DNA from: Candidatus Nealsonbacteria bacterium
Lineage (GTDB): Bacteria; Patescibacteriota; Minisyncoccia; Minisyncoccales; JANBVM01
Reading direction: 5' to 3'
Length of the DNA stretch: 64,000 bases
Assembly (NCBI GenBank): GCA_026016225.1
Contig: CP061210.1
Location: 593,131 to 657,130, forward strand
The translations under genes were made by a program, and so were the position numbers. Below the pieces are notes generated by a model. It did not search any database and was not told the DNA's origin. It saw only the letters and a list, made by a program, of their open reading frames with translations. This document shows, piece after piece, positions 1 through 9,060 of the stretch (position 1 is its first letter; each line of letters begins with the position of its first letter).

Positions 1-133
1 CTCGATAGTCAGGATAACTTAATTTTTCAAAGGGAATTTTTTCTTTTTTCAAAAAATTACTCAGTAATTTAGTCTGGGTTTCCCCTCCAGCTCCATCCAA
101 TCCCTCAAAAACCAAAAAAGTATTTTTTTCCAT
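1..133 (-). CDS. tmk: thymidylate kinase, N-terminal fragment (gene runs off the window start)
   Basis: Reverse-strand ATG at 131-133. My translation is MEKNTFLVFEGLDGAGGETQTKLLSNFLKKEKIPFEKLSYPDYR, which has the FEGxDGxG..TQ P-loop start typical of Tmk. It is truncated, so it is absent from the ORF track. Confidence 0.7.
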   Translation of the reverse strand, partial: MEKNTFLVFEGLDGAGGETQTKLLSNFLKKEKIPFEKLSYPDYR

Positions 134-171
134 TGGTTAATTATAGACTAATTATATAAAATTTCAAAAGT

Positions 172-196
172 AAAAAAAAGGGGTCTTAAGAAACCC
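172..196 (-). terminator. putative intrinsic terminator after the NYN-like gene
   Basis: Minus strand reads GGGU-uucuuaag-ACCC followed by a U8 run, immediately after the stop at 199. The stem is short. Confidence 0.45.
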
Positions 197-198
197 TT

Positions 199-775
199 TT
201 ATGATGACAAACATAATTCTGGACTTTGTTGAACAAAGTCTTCAATGTAAAGAACTTTATTTGCGATTCCCTTTAACAGCCCTGCACAGCTTTCTTTTCC
301 AGATATTACCCAGACTTCTATTCCCTCCTTCTTAGCTCTCCGAAGGACTCGACTAAAATCTCTATCACCTGAAAGTAAAACTATTTTCTCAATCTTGCGT
401 TTATAATCAAACAATGTCTCATAGATACAAGAAGCCAAGACTACATCTACGCTATCTTTGGATAATGGGAATCCTTTATATGTTACTCTTATATCTTCTA
501 GCTGCTCGCTCAATATGTTGCAAATAAAATCTACTTTTCTTAAAGAATCTTCTTCCTTTTCCGTTCCTTCTTTGTTTTTGTTTTTTACCGACTTCCGCAG
601 TGCTAAAAAAGAATGAAATATTAATCTTTTTGCCTTCGAAATATTCTCTAATAATAAATTTAAAGAGCTTGATGTAGCTTAACTTACTAACACTTTCACT
701 TTTTTCTATAAACCTGAGATTATCTCCATCAACAAAAATAAAAATAATCGGTTCTTTTCTTTCAAATCTTTCCAA
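199..775 (-). pseudogene. NYN/LabA-like (DUF88) nuclease-fold gene split by a frameshift
   Basis: ORFs 476..775 (IIFIFVDGDNLRF...) and 199..513 (KIVLLSGDRDFSRVLRRAKKEGIEVWVISG) together make one NYN/LabA-type domain. The downstream frame stays open upstream to about 678. The frames must switch near the A6/T5 homopolymers at about 605-635. Confidence 0.55.
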
Positions 776-841
776 CTTTTTTTTACCTCTTAAACACTTT
801 AGTTTATTTTAAAATACCGCAATAAAATCATTTTGTCAACA

Positions 842-880
842 AAAAAAAGAGGCTTCAAAGAAATCTCTCTTAAAAAGCCT
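842..880 (-). terminator. possible terminator after thyX (long loop)
   Basis: Minus strand reads AGGCUU-20 nt-AAGCCU followed by a U8 run, directly after the thyX stop at 883. Confidence 0.35.
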
Positions 881-882
881 TA

Positions 883-1581
883 CTAAATTCTGTTTATTAT
901 TACTGCACTTTTACCATCTTCACTGACCTTAAAATCATCAAAAACTATTGGAACTCTTTTTTGAACATCTTTTAAGAGATTAATCATTACCCTTCTAATT
1001 TCCCAATGAGCTCCAGGAGCACATCTAAGTTTAAAAATATGCCGCCATTCTCTAAAATTTGCCCCCACGATAATCTGTGATTTTATTCCTATTGGAATTA
1101 CCTGTCTAGAATCTTCACATTTCCATTCTGCTTTTCTTAAACCTCGATACATTTGTTCGTTCAAATCCATCCAATCTCTAAAAGAAACTTTTATCTTTTT
1201 GTCGTTGGGCAAGATTAATTCAACAAGTTTTTCATCGGGATCTTTTGTGGGAGGAATAACTACTTCAAAGTCACTCTCGTCAACTCTTCTGGTTGATTCT
1301 TGAACATAAGAAGCTAAACGGTGACGCACAAGCTCATGGGTAAAACCCCTGGAAACATTATTGAATTGCACAATCATTGAAGAAAATTCAAGAACGCTTT
1401 CATGCCCTAATTTTCTTAGCATCTCGACAAATTTCGTTGCTGAAGTATCAGTGATTTTCCCTTGAGATTGGTAAGAAACCCTACCTGCTAACTCAATTAA
1501 TTGCAAAGGTTTCTCTCCTTTCAGTCCATAGGTTACAGCTACAATTTCGAAATTTCCTTCATTTTTCAAAATCTTTACCAA
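883..1581 (-). CDS. thyX: flavin-dependent thymidylate synthase
   Basis: The protein carries the ThyX signature RHRxxSxxxxSxR (RHRLASYVQESTRRV). Length is 232 aa. Confidence 0.85.
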   Translation of the reverse strand: MVKILKNEGNFEIVAVTYGLKGEKPLQLIELAGRVSYQSQGKITDTSATKFVEMLRKLGHESVLEFSSMIVQFNNVSRGFTHELVRHRLASYVQESTRRVDESDFEVVIPPTKDPDEKLVELILPNDKKIKVSFRDWMDLNEQMYRGLRKAEWKCEDSRQVIPIGIKSQIIVGANFREWRHIFKLRCAPGAHWEIRRVMINLLKDVQKRVPIVFDDFKVSEDGKSAVIINRI

Positions 1582-1640
1582 TTTTTTCTACCATTCCAAT
1601 TATATTAATTTTTTAACGAATATTATTTCCTAACACAAAC

Positions 1641-1665
1641 AAAAAACTCTGTCAAATTAACAGAG
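1641..1665 (-). terminator. intrinsic terminator after the dCMP deaminase gene
   Basis: Minus strand reads CUCUGU-uaauuug-ACAGAG followed by U6, about 25 nt after the stop at 1689. Confidence 0.55.
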
Positions 1666-1688
1666 ACTATAAATGGCTTTAAAAATCT

Positions 1689-2222
1689 TTAAACTTCTTT
1701 TAATTTCTTGTTTTGGTCCCGGCCGTATTGTTGTTTATCATCTAAGACATCTCCTTCCTGCCAATCTTTAACCCAATCTTGAACATTAAAAATTCTGTAT
1801 TCTCCATCGTTGGTGGAACAAACTACTCTGTTCAAACCAGCATTAATGAGCATTTTTTTACAAATAAAGCAAGGAAAAGCATCAGCCACCTTCCCCTGTA
1901 TATTTTCACAGTAAATAAACATATCTCCACCCAACACGCTTGCTCCCGAACGGGCTGCATTTATTAATGCATTTTGCTCTGCGTGCACGCTTCGGCAGAG
2001 TTCGTATTGTCTACCGTGAGGAATTTTCAATTTGTCTCTTAAACATTCACCTCTTTCAAAACAATCCCTTGTTTTTCTCGGAGCTCCATTATAACCGGTA
2101 GCCACAATCGCATCATCTTTTACAATAATTGCTCCAAATTTCATTCTAAAACAGGTTGAACGTTGGGCAATTTCTTTTGCAATATTTAAATAATATTTAT
2201 CCTTTGGAGGTCTTTTTTTCAT
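1689..2222 (-). CDS. deoxycytidylate (dCMP) deaminase, ComEB-type
   Basis: Zinc motifs HAEQNAL and PCFICKKMLINAG of the CMP/dCMP deaminase family. Confidence 0.8.
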   Translation of the reverse strand: MKKRPPKDKYYLNIAKEIAQRSTCFRMKFGAIIVKDDAIVATGYNGAPRKTRDCFERGECLRDKLKIPHGRQYELCRSVHAEQNALINAARSGASVLGGDMFIYCENIQGKVADAFPCFICKKMLINAGLNRVVCSTNDGEYRIFNVQDWVKDWQEGDVLDDKQQYGRDQNKKLKEV

Positions 2223-2239
2223 AGATTTGTAATGCTAAT

Positions 2240-2665
2240 TCATCCTTGAATCTCTATTCCCATATTTTTAGCTGTAGCTTCAATAATCTTCATTGCCTTT
2301 TCTACATCTTCAGTATTCAAATCAGCCATTTTCTGTTCGGCTATTTTTCTTAACTGTTCTTTTGTAATTTTACCTACCTTTTTTTTGTTGGGCTCTCCTG
2401 AACCTTTTTCAATACCTGCTGCTTTTTTTAATAAATCAGAAACCAAAGGTTGTTTTACCTTAAAATCATAACTTTTATCTTCATAAACACTAACTATTAC
2501 CGGAATTACAGAACCCTGTTTTTCTTTGGTTACATCATTAAACTTCTTACAAAAATCAGCAATGTTCAGACCGTGCTGAGCTAAAGCAGGCCCCACCGGA
2601 GGAGCAGGAGTAGCTTGACCTGCTGGAATTTGTAATTTTATTACAGCTGTGATTTTTTTAGCCAT
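2240..2665 (-). CDS. rplK: 50S ribosomal protein L11
   Basis: Canonical L11 N-terminus [26 protein letters not shown]. It follows nusG. Confidence 0.95.
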   Translation of the reverse strand: MAKKITAVIKLQIPAGQATPAPPVGPALAQHGLNIADFCKKFNDVTKEKQGSVIPVIVSVYEDKSYDFKVKQPLVSDLLKKAAGIEKGSGEPNKKKVGKITKEQLRKIAEQKMADLNTEDVEKAMKIIEATAKNMGIEIQG

Positions 2666-2683
2666 ATTGAAATTAGAAAACAG

Positions 2684-3229
2684 TTATAGTTTTTTCACCT
2701 GAAGAGAATCAAGTTCTATTGGGGTGTCCCTGCCAAACATATCCACTAAAACTTTTATCTTTCCCTTTTCTTCATCAATCTCTGAAACTCTGCCATCTGA
2801 ATCCTTAAAAGGACCATCTGTAATTTTTACTAAATCACCAATCTTAACCTCAATTTTAAATTGGGGCTCCTCTATTTCCATCCTCTTTTTCAAGTTATTA
2901 ATCTCTTCTTCAGAAACCGGAATAGGGATAGTTCCAGCTCCAATAAAACCCGTTACATTAGGAGTATTTCTTACAATATACCAAGAGTCATCTGTAACAA
3001 TCATTTCAACTAAAACATAACCTGGATAAATTTTTTCCTCAACCACTTTTCTTTTACCGCTTTTAATCTTTATTTTTCTTTCTTTAGGGACAATAACATT
3101 AAAGATTTTATCTTCCATACTTAAAGACTCAATCCTCTGCCTCAGATTTTTAGCTACAGATTCTTCATATCCCGAATAAGTGTGTAGAACATACCAGTTT
3201 CTTTTTTGGGGTAGTTTTTGTTTTGGCAT
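2684..3229 (-). CDS. nusG: transcription termination/antitermination factor NusG
   Basis: NGN start (WYVLHTYSGYE) and a C-terminal KOW (ITDGPFKDSDGRVSEID). It sits between secE and rplK. Confidence 0.9.
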   Translation of the reverse strand: MPKQKLPQKRNWYVLHTYSGYEESVAKNLRQRIESLSMEDKIFNVIVPKERKIKIKSGKRKVVEEKIYPGYVLVEMIVTDDSWYIVRNTPNVTGFIGAGTIPIPVSEEEINNLKKRMEIEEPQFKIEVKIGDLVKITDGPFKDSDGRVSEIDEEKGKIKVLVDMFGRDTPIELDSLQVKKL

Positions 3230-3233
3230 AGTT

Positions 3234-3431
3234 TTATAGGAATTTATTCAATATTCTGGTAAAAATGAAGTCTATTCCACCTAAAAATATAGCAACAACT
3301 ATTGAAACACCAATTACAATCAAGGTATCCCTTGCAGTTTCTTTTTTTCTCGGCCAGTTAACCTTCTTTATTTCTAATTTAACTTCCTTTAAAAAATTAG
3401 TGATGTCCTTTGGAATGTTTCTAAAATTCAT
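3234..3431 (-). CDS. secE: preprotein translocase subunit SecE
   Basis: Small protein with VNWPRKKET followed by one TM helix, upstream of nusG. I prefer the internal ATG at 3431 (MNFRNIP...), which removes the overlap with gyrB. Confidence 0.75.
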   Translation of the reverse strand: MNFRNIPKDITNFLKEVKLEIKKVNWPRKKETARDTLIVIGVSIVVAIFLGGIDFIFTRILNKFL

Positions 3432-3447
3432 AGTGTTATTTTTAATA

Positions 3448-5430
3448 TTAAATGTCAAGATTTTTTACTTTTTTTGCATAACTTTGGATAAACTTTTTTC
3501 TTGATAAAACTTCTTTCCCCATTAAAGTATCAAAAATTTTATCTGCCTCTCTTGCATCTTCAATATTAACTTGAAGTAATGTTCTATTTTCAGGGTTCAT
3601 TGTTGTATCCCATAATTCTCCTGCATTCATCTCTCCTAATCCTTTGTATCTCTGAATAGAGGGTTTAATATTTTTCTTTATTGCCTTTAAAATGCTGAAT
3701 TTCTGGTCTTCGGTGTAAGCGTATTTAATTTCTTTTCCAACCTGAATCTTATAAAGAGGGGGCTGGGCAATATATATGTAACCCTTTTCAATTAAAGGTT
3801 TAAAATAACGGTAAAATAAAGTCAAGAGTAAAGCCTTAATATGATTTCCGTCACTATCTGCATCGCACATTATGATTATACGATGATATCTTGCTTTCTC
3901 GATATTAAAATCTTCGGCAATAGCAGTACCTAAAGCAATAACTAAAGATTTAATTTCTTTTGAAGAAAGAATTCTATCCAGTCGAGCTCTCTCCACGTTC
4001 AAAATTTTACCGCGCAGAGGCAATATGGCTTGAAAATGCCTATCCCTGGCCTGTCTTGAACTTCCGCCTGCCGACTCGCCTTCCACTATATATAATTCTG
4101 ACTCTTCTGCTTTTTTAGAAGAACAATCAGCCAACTTTCCCGGTAGAGCCAGGCCATCTAAAACTCTCTTTCTTAAAATTATGTCTTTGGCAGCTTTGGC
4201 AGCTTTTCTTGCTTTTTGAGCCAAAATAAATTTTTGAATTATTGATTTGGCGTCAATTGGGTTTCTCTCTAAAAAATCCATTAAAGACATGCCCATCACC
4301 TGCTCCACTACTGCTTTGGCTTCAGAATTACCTAATTTTGCCTTTGTCTGACCTTCAAATTGAGGTTCTCTGATTTTAATGGAGATTATCGCCGTTAATC
4401 CTTCTCTGGTATCAAAACCTGTAAAGTTATTGCCGTTTTCTTTTATAAATTCATTTCTTCTGGCATAGTCGTTAAATGTCCTGGTTAAGGCACTTCTAAA
4501 ACCCGTCAGATGCATCCCTCCTTCATGAGTATAGATATTGTTGGCAAAACTATCTTCAATACACTCATACTCGTCTGTATAAATTAAAGCAGCTTCAACT
4601 ATAATTCCGTTTTTTTCTCCATAACAATAAAAAACGTTCTCGGTAAGAGGAGTACGGCCTCGAACCAAATATTTAACGTAAGAAACTATTCCTCCTTCAA
4701 AATAAAAACTATAACCGGTATTAGGTTTAACCGTTTTGTCTATAAAGGTAATTCTCAAACCTTTAGTTAAATAAGCTTGCTGACGGAGATAATCTAAAAT
4801 TTTCTTTTTGTTGAATTTTATCTCTTTAAAAATTGCTGAATCTGGTTCAAAAATAATTATTGTTCCGCTTGTCCTGCACCTGCCAATTTTTTCAACTTTT
4901 GTCTTTGGCTTTCCCCGCGAATATTCTTGGAAATATCTGAAACCATCCCGACAAATTTCAGCTCTCATATATGTTGAAAGAGCGCAAACCACAGAAATAC
5001 CAACACCATGTAATCCACCAGTAGAAACATAAACCTTTCCTCCAAATTTCGCCCCCGTATGTAGAGTTGTCATCACTGTCTCTAAAGCGGATTTTTTTGT
5101 TTGAGGGTGTTTGTCTACCGGAATACCTCTTCCATTATCTTCAACCTTAACTCTATTCCCCGGCAAAAACGTAATTTTAATATCGCTGCAGTAACCCATT
5201 ATGGCTTCATCAATGCTATTTCCAACACATTCTTTTATTAATTGATGCAAACCATCAGGCCCTGTCGACCCAATAAACATTCCCGGTCTTTTCCTAATAG
5301 GTTCTAAGCCATGCAATACATAAATATCTTTTGCCGTATATGTTTTTGACTTACTTTCTTCACTTTTCTTCATCCTCTTTATACTCTTTTTCTTCTTTAA
5401 CTTTTTTACTTTTTTTGTTTTTTTCACCAT
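3448..5430 (-). CDS. gyrB: type IIA topoisomerase subunit B (GyrB/ParE family) with Lys-rich N-terminal tail
   Basis: GHKL ATPase motifs (VEDNGRGIP, GGLHGVG), Toprim EGESAGGS and MCDADSDGNHI. GyrB versus ParE cannot be decided by eye. Confidence 0.8.
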   Translation of the reverse strand: MVKKTKKVKKLKKKKSIKRMKKSEESKSKTYTAKDIYVLHGLEPIRKRPGMFIGSTGPDGLHQLIKECVGNSIDEAIMGYCSDIKITFLPGNRVKVEDNGRGIPVDKHPQTKKSALETVMTTLHTGAKFGGKVYVSTGGLHGVGISVVCALSTYMRAEICRDGFRYFQEYSRGKPKTKVEKIGRCRTSGTIIIFEPDSAIFKEIKFNKKKILDYLRQQAYLTKGLRITFIDKTVKPNTGYSFYFEGGIVSYVKYLVRGRTPLTENVFYCYGEKNGIIVEAALIYTDEYECIEDSFANNIYTHEGGMHLTGFRSALTRTFNDYARRNEFIKENGNNFTGFDTREGLTAIISIKIREPQFEGQTKAKLGNSEAKAVVEQVMGMSLMDFLERNPIDAKSIIQKFILAQKARKAAKAAKDIILRKRVLDGLALPGKLADCSSKKAEESELYIVEGESAGGSSRQARDRHFQAILPLRGKILNVERARLDRILSSKEIKSLVIALGTAIAEDFNIEKARYHRIIIMCDADSDGNHIKALLLTLFYRYFKPLIEKGYIYIAQPPLYKIQVGKEIKYAYTEDQKFSILKAIKKNIKPSIQRYKGLGEMNAGELWDTTMNPENRTLLQVNIEDAREADKIFDTLMGKEVLSRKKFIQSYAKKVKNLDI

Positions 5431-5459
5431 TGCTAATTATAAGTTGAGATTATTAATAA

Positions 5460-7529
5460 TTATTTCCTTACCTCCCATTCAGGATCTTTTTCTAAGACTT
5501 TAATTATTTTCTCTTGAATATCATCTATTTCTTTTGAAGTTAGTGTTCTGTCTTCTGCTTGATAAATTATATGAAAAGCCAAATTCTTTTTTCCCTCAGC
5601 TATTTCTTCTCCTTCGTAAATGTCAAAAAGGTCAACATCTTTAATCAGATTAAGACCAGTTCCCTCAATTTTATTTAAAACCTCCTCAACTAAAACATCT
5701 CTCGGAACCAAAACCGCTATATCTCTGACAGCAGATGGATAAGGAGAAATTGGTCTAAATTCCTGTTCTTCTGAAACAAGTTCTTGTAGTTTTTCAAAAT
5801 CAAAATCAAAAATCACTACTTTAGCGTTTAATTTTAAGGCCTCTGTAATTTTAGAAGAAATCTCTCCCAGAAAACCGACTTCCTCATTACCTATCTTAAT
5901 CTCAGCACGCCTTTTGGAATTCCAGACAAAAGCTTTTGATTCTTCTGGTGTTGGTTGATATTGGTCATACCAAATATCGCTTATTCCCAAATTATTCAAA
6001 AGCAAATCTATAACACCTTTTGCCTCATAAAATACCTCACCTGTCATTAAACCTGTGAGAGCTGTTTTTTCTTTATCTTTTTCATTTTTGAAAATCTTTC
6101 CCAGCTCAAAAATTCTAATATCATTGAAACTCGCCTGCCATCGCCTTGAGCTCAAGCGATTGGCGGGCAGGAACTTTTGATTCTCCTGAAAGCTTTTTAG
6201 AACTTTTGGAATCAAACTTGGCCTTAAATACTGAAAGTCAGCACTAATCGGATTCTCTGTCTCAATCAACTGAAAATTTCTATAACCGAATAATTTAGCT
6301 TCTTCCTTATTAATAAAAGAAGAGCTATAAATCTCAGTAAATTCTGCTTCCTTTAATATATTTTTTGTCATATCTTCCCAGAAAACATTAAGATTTCTTT
6401 CAGGCGGAATCAAAGCAGCTTTAGGAAAAACAGAAGGAATTTTCTCATAACCATAAATCCTTCCAATTTCCTCAATTAAATCCTCAGGAATTGAAACATC
6501 CAGTCTAAAACTAGGAATCTCTATCATAAGTTGATTGGTTGATGATTTGAGAAATTTAAAACCAAGTCGCTTTAGAATATTTTTTATTCTGCTTGTTGAA
6601 ATTCTAACTCCCAGCAAACTCTCGACATAATCTAAATCTAATTTAATTTTCTTTATTGAAACTTTTTTAGGGTAAAAATCAACCAATCCCTTACAGATTT
6701 TGCCTCCGGCAATCTTTCCAATCAAATAAGCTGCTCCATTTATTCCAAATTCGGTTAAATTCAAATCCAAACCATGTTCAAATCTCCATGAAGCATCTGT
6801 TTTCAAATCTATTTTTTTGGAACCCTTACGAACAACTCTTGGATTAAAATTAGCAGACTCTAACACAATAACTTTTGTTTTTTTTGTTATCTCGGCCTTT
6901 TTCCCGCCTTTTATCCCGGCAATTGCCAAAGGGTCTTTTACATCCGAAATAACTAAAATATCCTTATTTAATTTATATCTTTCATTGTCTAAAGTAATAA
7001 TTTTTTCTCCTTTTTTAGCTCTCCTGATAATTATCTTTTGGTCTAAAATTTTATCCAAATCAAAAGCGTGTAATGGCTGACCTGTTTCCAACATCACGTA
7101 ATTTGCAATATCAACCACATTATTAATCGGTTTTAAACCTAAAATCTTTAATCTGTCCCGAAGCCATTTTGGAGAAGGAGCTATCTTGACATCTGTAACA
7201 ACTCTGGCTGTATACCTTAAACAGTCTTTTTTGCTTTTAACTTTTAGTTCTATAAAATCCTTTGCTCTATATTTTCCCTCTTTTAAAGAATAGTCTTCAA
7301 ATCTTAATTTAGTATCTAAAACAGCAGAAATCTCTCGAGCAATACCTAAATGAGAAAAACAATCAGGTCCCCTATTGGGCAAAATATCAATATCTAAAAC
7401 CCAATCCTTTCCTATTTTTTCTACCTCTTCAACCTCAAAGCTGTGCATTGTTAAAACCTCTGCTAATTTATTGGCTTTTGGCAGTTTTTTCTTAAAAAAT
7501 GATTGTAACCAGTTATAAGAAAAAAGCAT
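5460..7529 (-). CDS. pheT: phenylalanine--tRNA ligase beta subunit
   Basis: N-terminus MLFSYNWLQSF, B3/4 and B5 regions, and a C-terminal anticodon-binding-like domain. It is adjacent to pheS. It is short at 689 aa and seems to lack the N-terminal OB tRNA-binding domain. Confidence 0.9.
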   Translation of the reverse strand: MLFSYNWLQSFFKKKLPKANKLAEVLTMHSFEVEEVEKIGKDWVLDIDILPNRGPDCFSHLGIAREISAVLDTKLRFEDYSLKEGKYRAKDFIELKVKSKKDCLRYTARVVTDVKIAPSPKWLRDRLKILGLKPINNVVDIANYVMLETGQPLHAFDLDKILDQKIIIRRAKKGEKIITLDNERYKLNKDILVISDVKDPLAIAGIKGGKKAEITKKTKVIVLESANFNPRVVRKGSKKIDLKTDASWRFEHGLDLNLTEFGINGAAYLIGKIAGGKICKGLVDFYPKKVSIKKIKLDLDYVESLLGVRISTSRIKNILKRLGFKFLKSSTNQLMIEIPSFRLDVSIPEDLIEEIGRIYGYEKIPSVFPKAALIPPERNLNVFWEDMTKNILKEAEFTEIYSSSFINKEEAKLFGYRNFQLIETENPISADFQYLRPSLIPKVLKSFQENQKFLPANRLSSRRWQASFNDIRIFELGKIFKNEKDKEKTALTGLMTGEVFYEAKGVIDLLLNNLGISDIWYDQYQPTPEESKAFVWNSKRRAEIKIGNEEVGFLGEISSKITEALKLNAKVVIFDFDFEKLQELVSEEQEFRPISPYPSAVRDIAVLVPRDVLVEEVLNKIEGTGLNLIKDVDLFDIYEGEEIAEGKKNLAFHIIYQAEDRTLTSKEIDDIQEKIIKVLEKDPEWEVRK

Positions 7530-7543
7530 AGTGATAAGATAAA

Positions 7544-8596
7544 TTAAAATTGATTTAAAAATCTGAGGTCGCCTCCATAAAACAACCTAATATCATTGAT
7601 TTTATATTTAAGCATAGCCATTCTATCCATACCCATACCAAAAGCAAAAGCCTGCCAGTTTTTAGGGCTTAAACCAGAATTCTTGAAAACATTAGGATGA
7701 ACCATCCCTCCCGGAAAAACCTCTAACCATCCACTCTGACCACAAGTACTGCAACCTTTCCCATTACATATTGCACACTGAACATCTACTTCAAAAGAAG
7801 GTTCTGTAAAGGGAAAATAACCCGGTCGAAGGCGAACTTTTAAATCTTTCTTAAAAAATTGTTTGAAAAATTTTTTTGCTATTGCTTTAAAATTAGCAAC
7901 AGAAATTGTTTTATCAACCATTAATCCTTCAACCTGGTAAAAATTAATCTCATGTCTGGCATCAGTTGCCTCGTGCCTAAATACCCTGCCAGGAACAATA
8001 ATTCTTAAAGGAGGCTGATTCTTTTCCATGTAACGAACCTGAACAGGAGAAGTTTGGGTTCTCATTAAAAACTTATTTCGAGAAGGAAGATTTTCTCTAT
8101 TCCTTTGCTTTATAAACAAAGTATCTTGCATATCTCGAGCTGGATGGTTTTTGGGAAAATTCAAAGCATCAAAGTTATACCACTCATTTTCAAGCTCAGG
8201 ACCCTCAATAATTGAAAAGCCCATTGACTGGAATATCTTTTCGATTTCTATTTTAGTCTGGGTCAAGGGGTGTAAATGACCAACAGCCGGCTTTTTCCCG
8301 GGGATTGTAATATCAAAAAACTCCTCTTTTTCTCTCCTTACACCTGCCTTTTCTTTAATTTTCAGGCTTTTTTTAACAATCTTCTCTTCTAAAACAGCTT
8401 TAAGCTTATTTGCTTCTTTCCCAACCTTTACTCTTTTTTTCTTTGGCATCTTTTTCAGAGAACGCAAAACCAGGGAAAGTTCACCTTTCTTTCCTAAATA
8501 TTGTTTATAAACATCGTTCAACTCAGTTAAATTTTGGCTCTTTTTTATCTCTTTTTCAGCCCTTTTTTCAATGTTTTTTAAGTTAATTTTTTTCAT
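7544..8596 (-). CDS. pheS: phenylalanine--tRNA ligase alpha subunit
   Basis: Class II motifs (HPARDMQDTLF, FRHEATDARH, GMGMDRMAML). Confidence 0.92.
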   Translation of the reverse strand: MKKINLKNIEKRAEKEIKKSQNLTELNDVYKQYLGKKGELSLVLRSLKKMPKKKRVKVGKEANKLKAVLEEKIVKKSLKIKEKAGVRREKEEFFDITIPGKKPAVGHLHPLTQTKIEIEKIFQSMGFSIIEGPELENEWYNFDALNFPKNHPARDMQDTLFIKQRNRENLPSRNKFLMRTQTSPVQVRYMEKNQPPLRIIVPGRVFRHEATDARHEINFYQVEGLMVDKTISVANFKAIAKKFFKQFFKKDLKVRLRPGYFPFTEPSFEVDVQCAICNGKGCSTCGQSGWLEVFPGGMVHPNVFKNSGLSPKNWQAFAFGMGMDRMAMLKYKINDIRLFYGGDLRFLNQF

Positions 8597-8796
8597 TTCT
8601 TCGCTAAAAAATAAGTTCCTTCTACTATTAATTTTACCTTAATTTTTGCCTTAAATCAAGGTAAAACTGTGCACAAATAAACCTCCTTAAAATAAAAAAA
8701 ACAGAAGAAATAAATATAAAAAAAATTACATTATTTTTTCTTTCTGTTTTTTGATATACAATTACATCCAATTACATACAATTCTATCTAATTTTG

Positions 8797-8870
8797 CGGG
8801 GACGACGAGACTCGAACTCGCAACCTCGTGATCGACAATCACGAGCTCTAACCAATTGAGCTACGTCCCC
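8797..8870 (-). tRNA. tRNA-Asp (anticodon GTC)
   Basis: Minus strand: GGGGACG TA GCTC AATTGGTTA GAGC T CGTGA TTGTCGA TCACG AGGTT GCGAG TTCGAGT CTCGT CGTCCCC G. Cloverleaf is canonical with a TTCGAGT T-loop and a GG D-loop. No CCA is encoded. Confidence 0.85.
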
Positions 8871-8874
8871 AGGG

Positions 8875-8947
8875 TGCCGGTGACGGGACTCGAACCTGTA
8901 ACCTCTAGCTTATGATGCTATCGCTCTAACCATTGAGCTACACCGGC
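8875..8947 (-). tRNA. tRNA with CAT anticodon (elongator Met or Ile2/lysidine type)
   Basis: Minus strand: GCCGGTG TA GCTC AATGGTTA GAGC G ATAGC ATCATAA GCTAG AGGTT ACAGG TTCGAGT CCCGT CACCGGC A. G1-C72 is paired and the T-loop is canonical. There is one A/C mismatch in the T stem. Confidence 0.75.
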
Positions 8948-8948
8948 T

Positions 8949-9019
8949 TTGCGGTGCCTGGAATTGCACCAGGGCCTCCAGCTTATGGGACTGGCGAGGT
9001 ACTACTCCTCTACACCGCG
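8949..9019 (-). tRNA. tRNA with CAT anticodon and an initiator-like acceptor (C1/A72 mismatch), atypical loops
   Basis: Minus strand: CGCGGTG TA GAGG AGTAGTA CCTC G CCAGT CCCATAA GCTGG AGGC CCTGG TGCAATT CCAGG CACCGCA A. The acceptor resembles E. coli tRNA-fMet (CGCGGGG...CCCCGCA). Atypical points are C at position 33, no GGG/CCC in the anticodon stem, a D-loop without GG, and T-loop TGCAATT. Confidence 0.5.
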
Positions 9020-9031
9020 ACAATATCGCTA

Positions 9032-9060
9032 ATTTTAGCTTTTTTGAACACAAGAGTCAA
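9032..9060 (-). promoter_or_regulatory. sigma70-like promoter for the tRNA trio
   Basis: Minus strand reads TTGACT (9055-9060), a 17-nt spacer, then TAAAAT (9032-9037). The -10 ends 12 nt upstream of tRNA position 1. Confidence 0.5.

Noticed and set aside
476-775. Treating 476..775 and 199..513 as two separate overlapping genes
   Set aside because: Neither half is a complete NYN domain. The tail of the upstream ORF (GKKQKQRRNGKGRRFFKK...) looks like out-of-frame translation, and the downstream frame is open well upstream of its TTG start.
8597-8796. T-box or attenuator leader upstream of pheS
   Set aside because: Only weak AT-rich hairpins are present. I could find no specifier-loop/T-box sequence and no leader peptide rich in Phe codons. 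The long-loop hairpin ACAGAAAGAAA...UUUCUUCUGU plus U8 is more simply the terminator of the tRNA operon.
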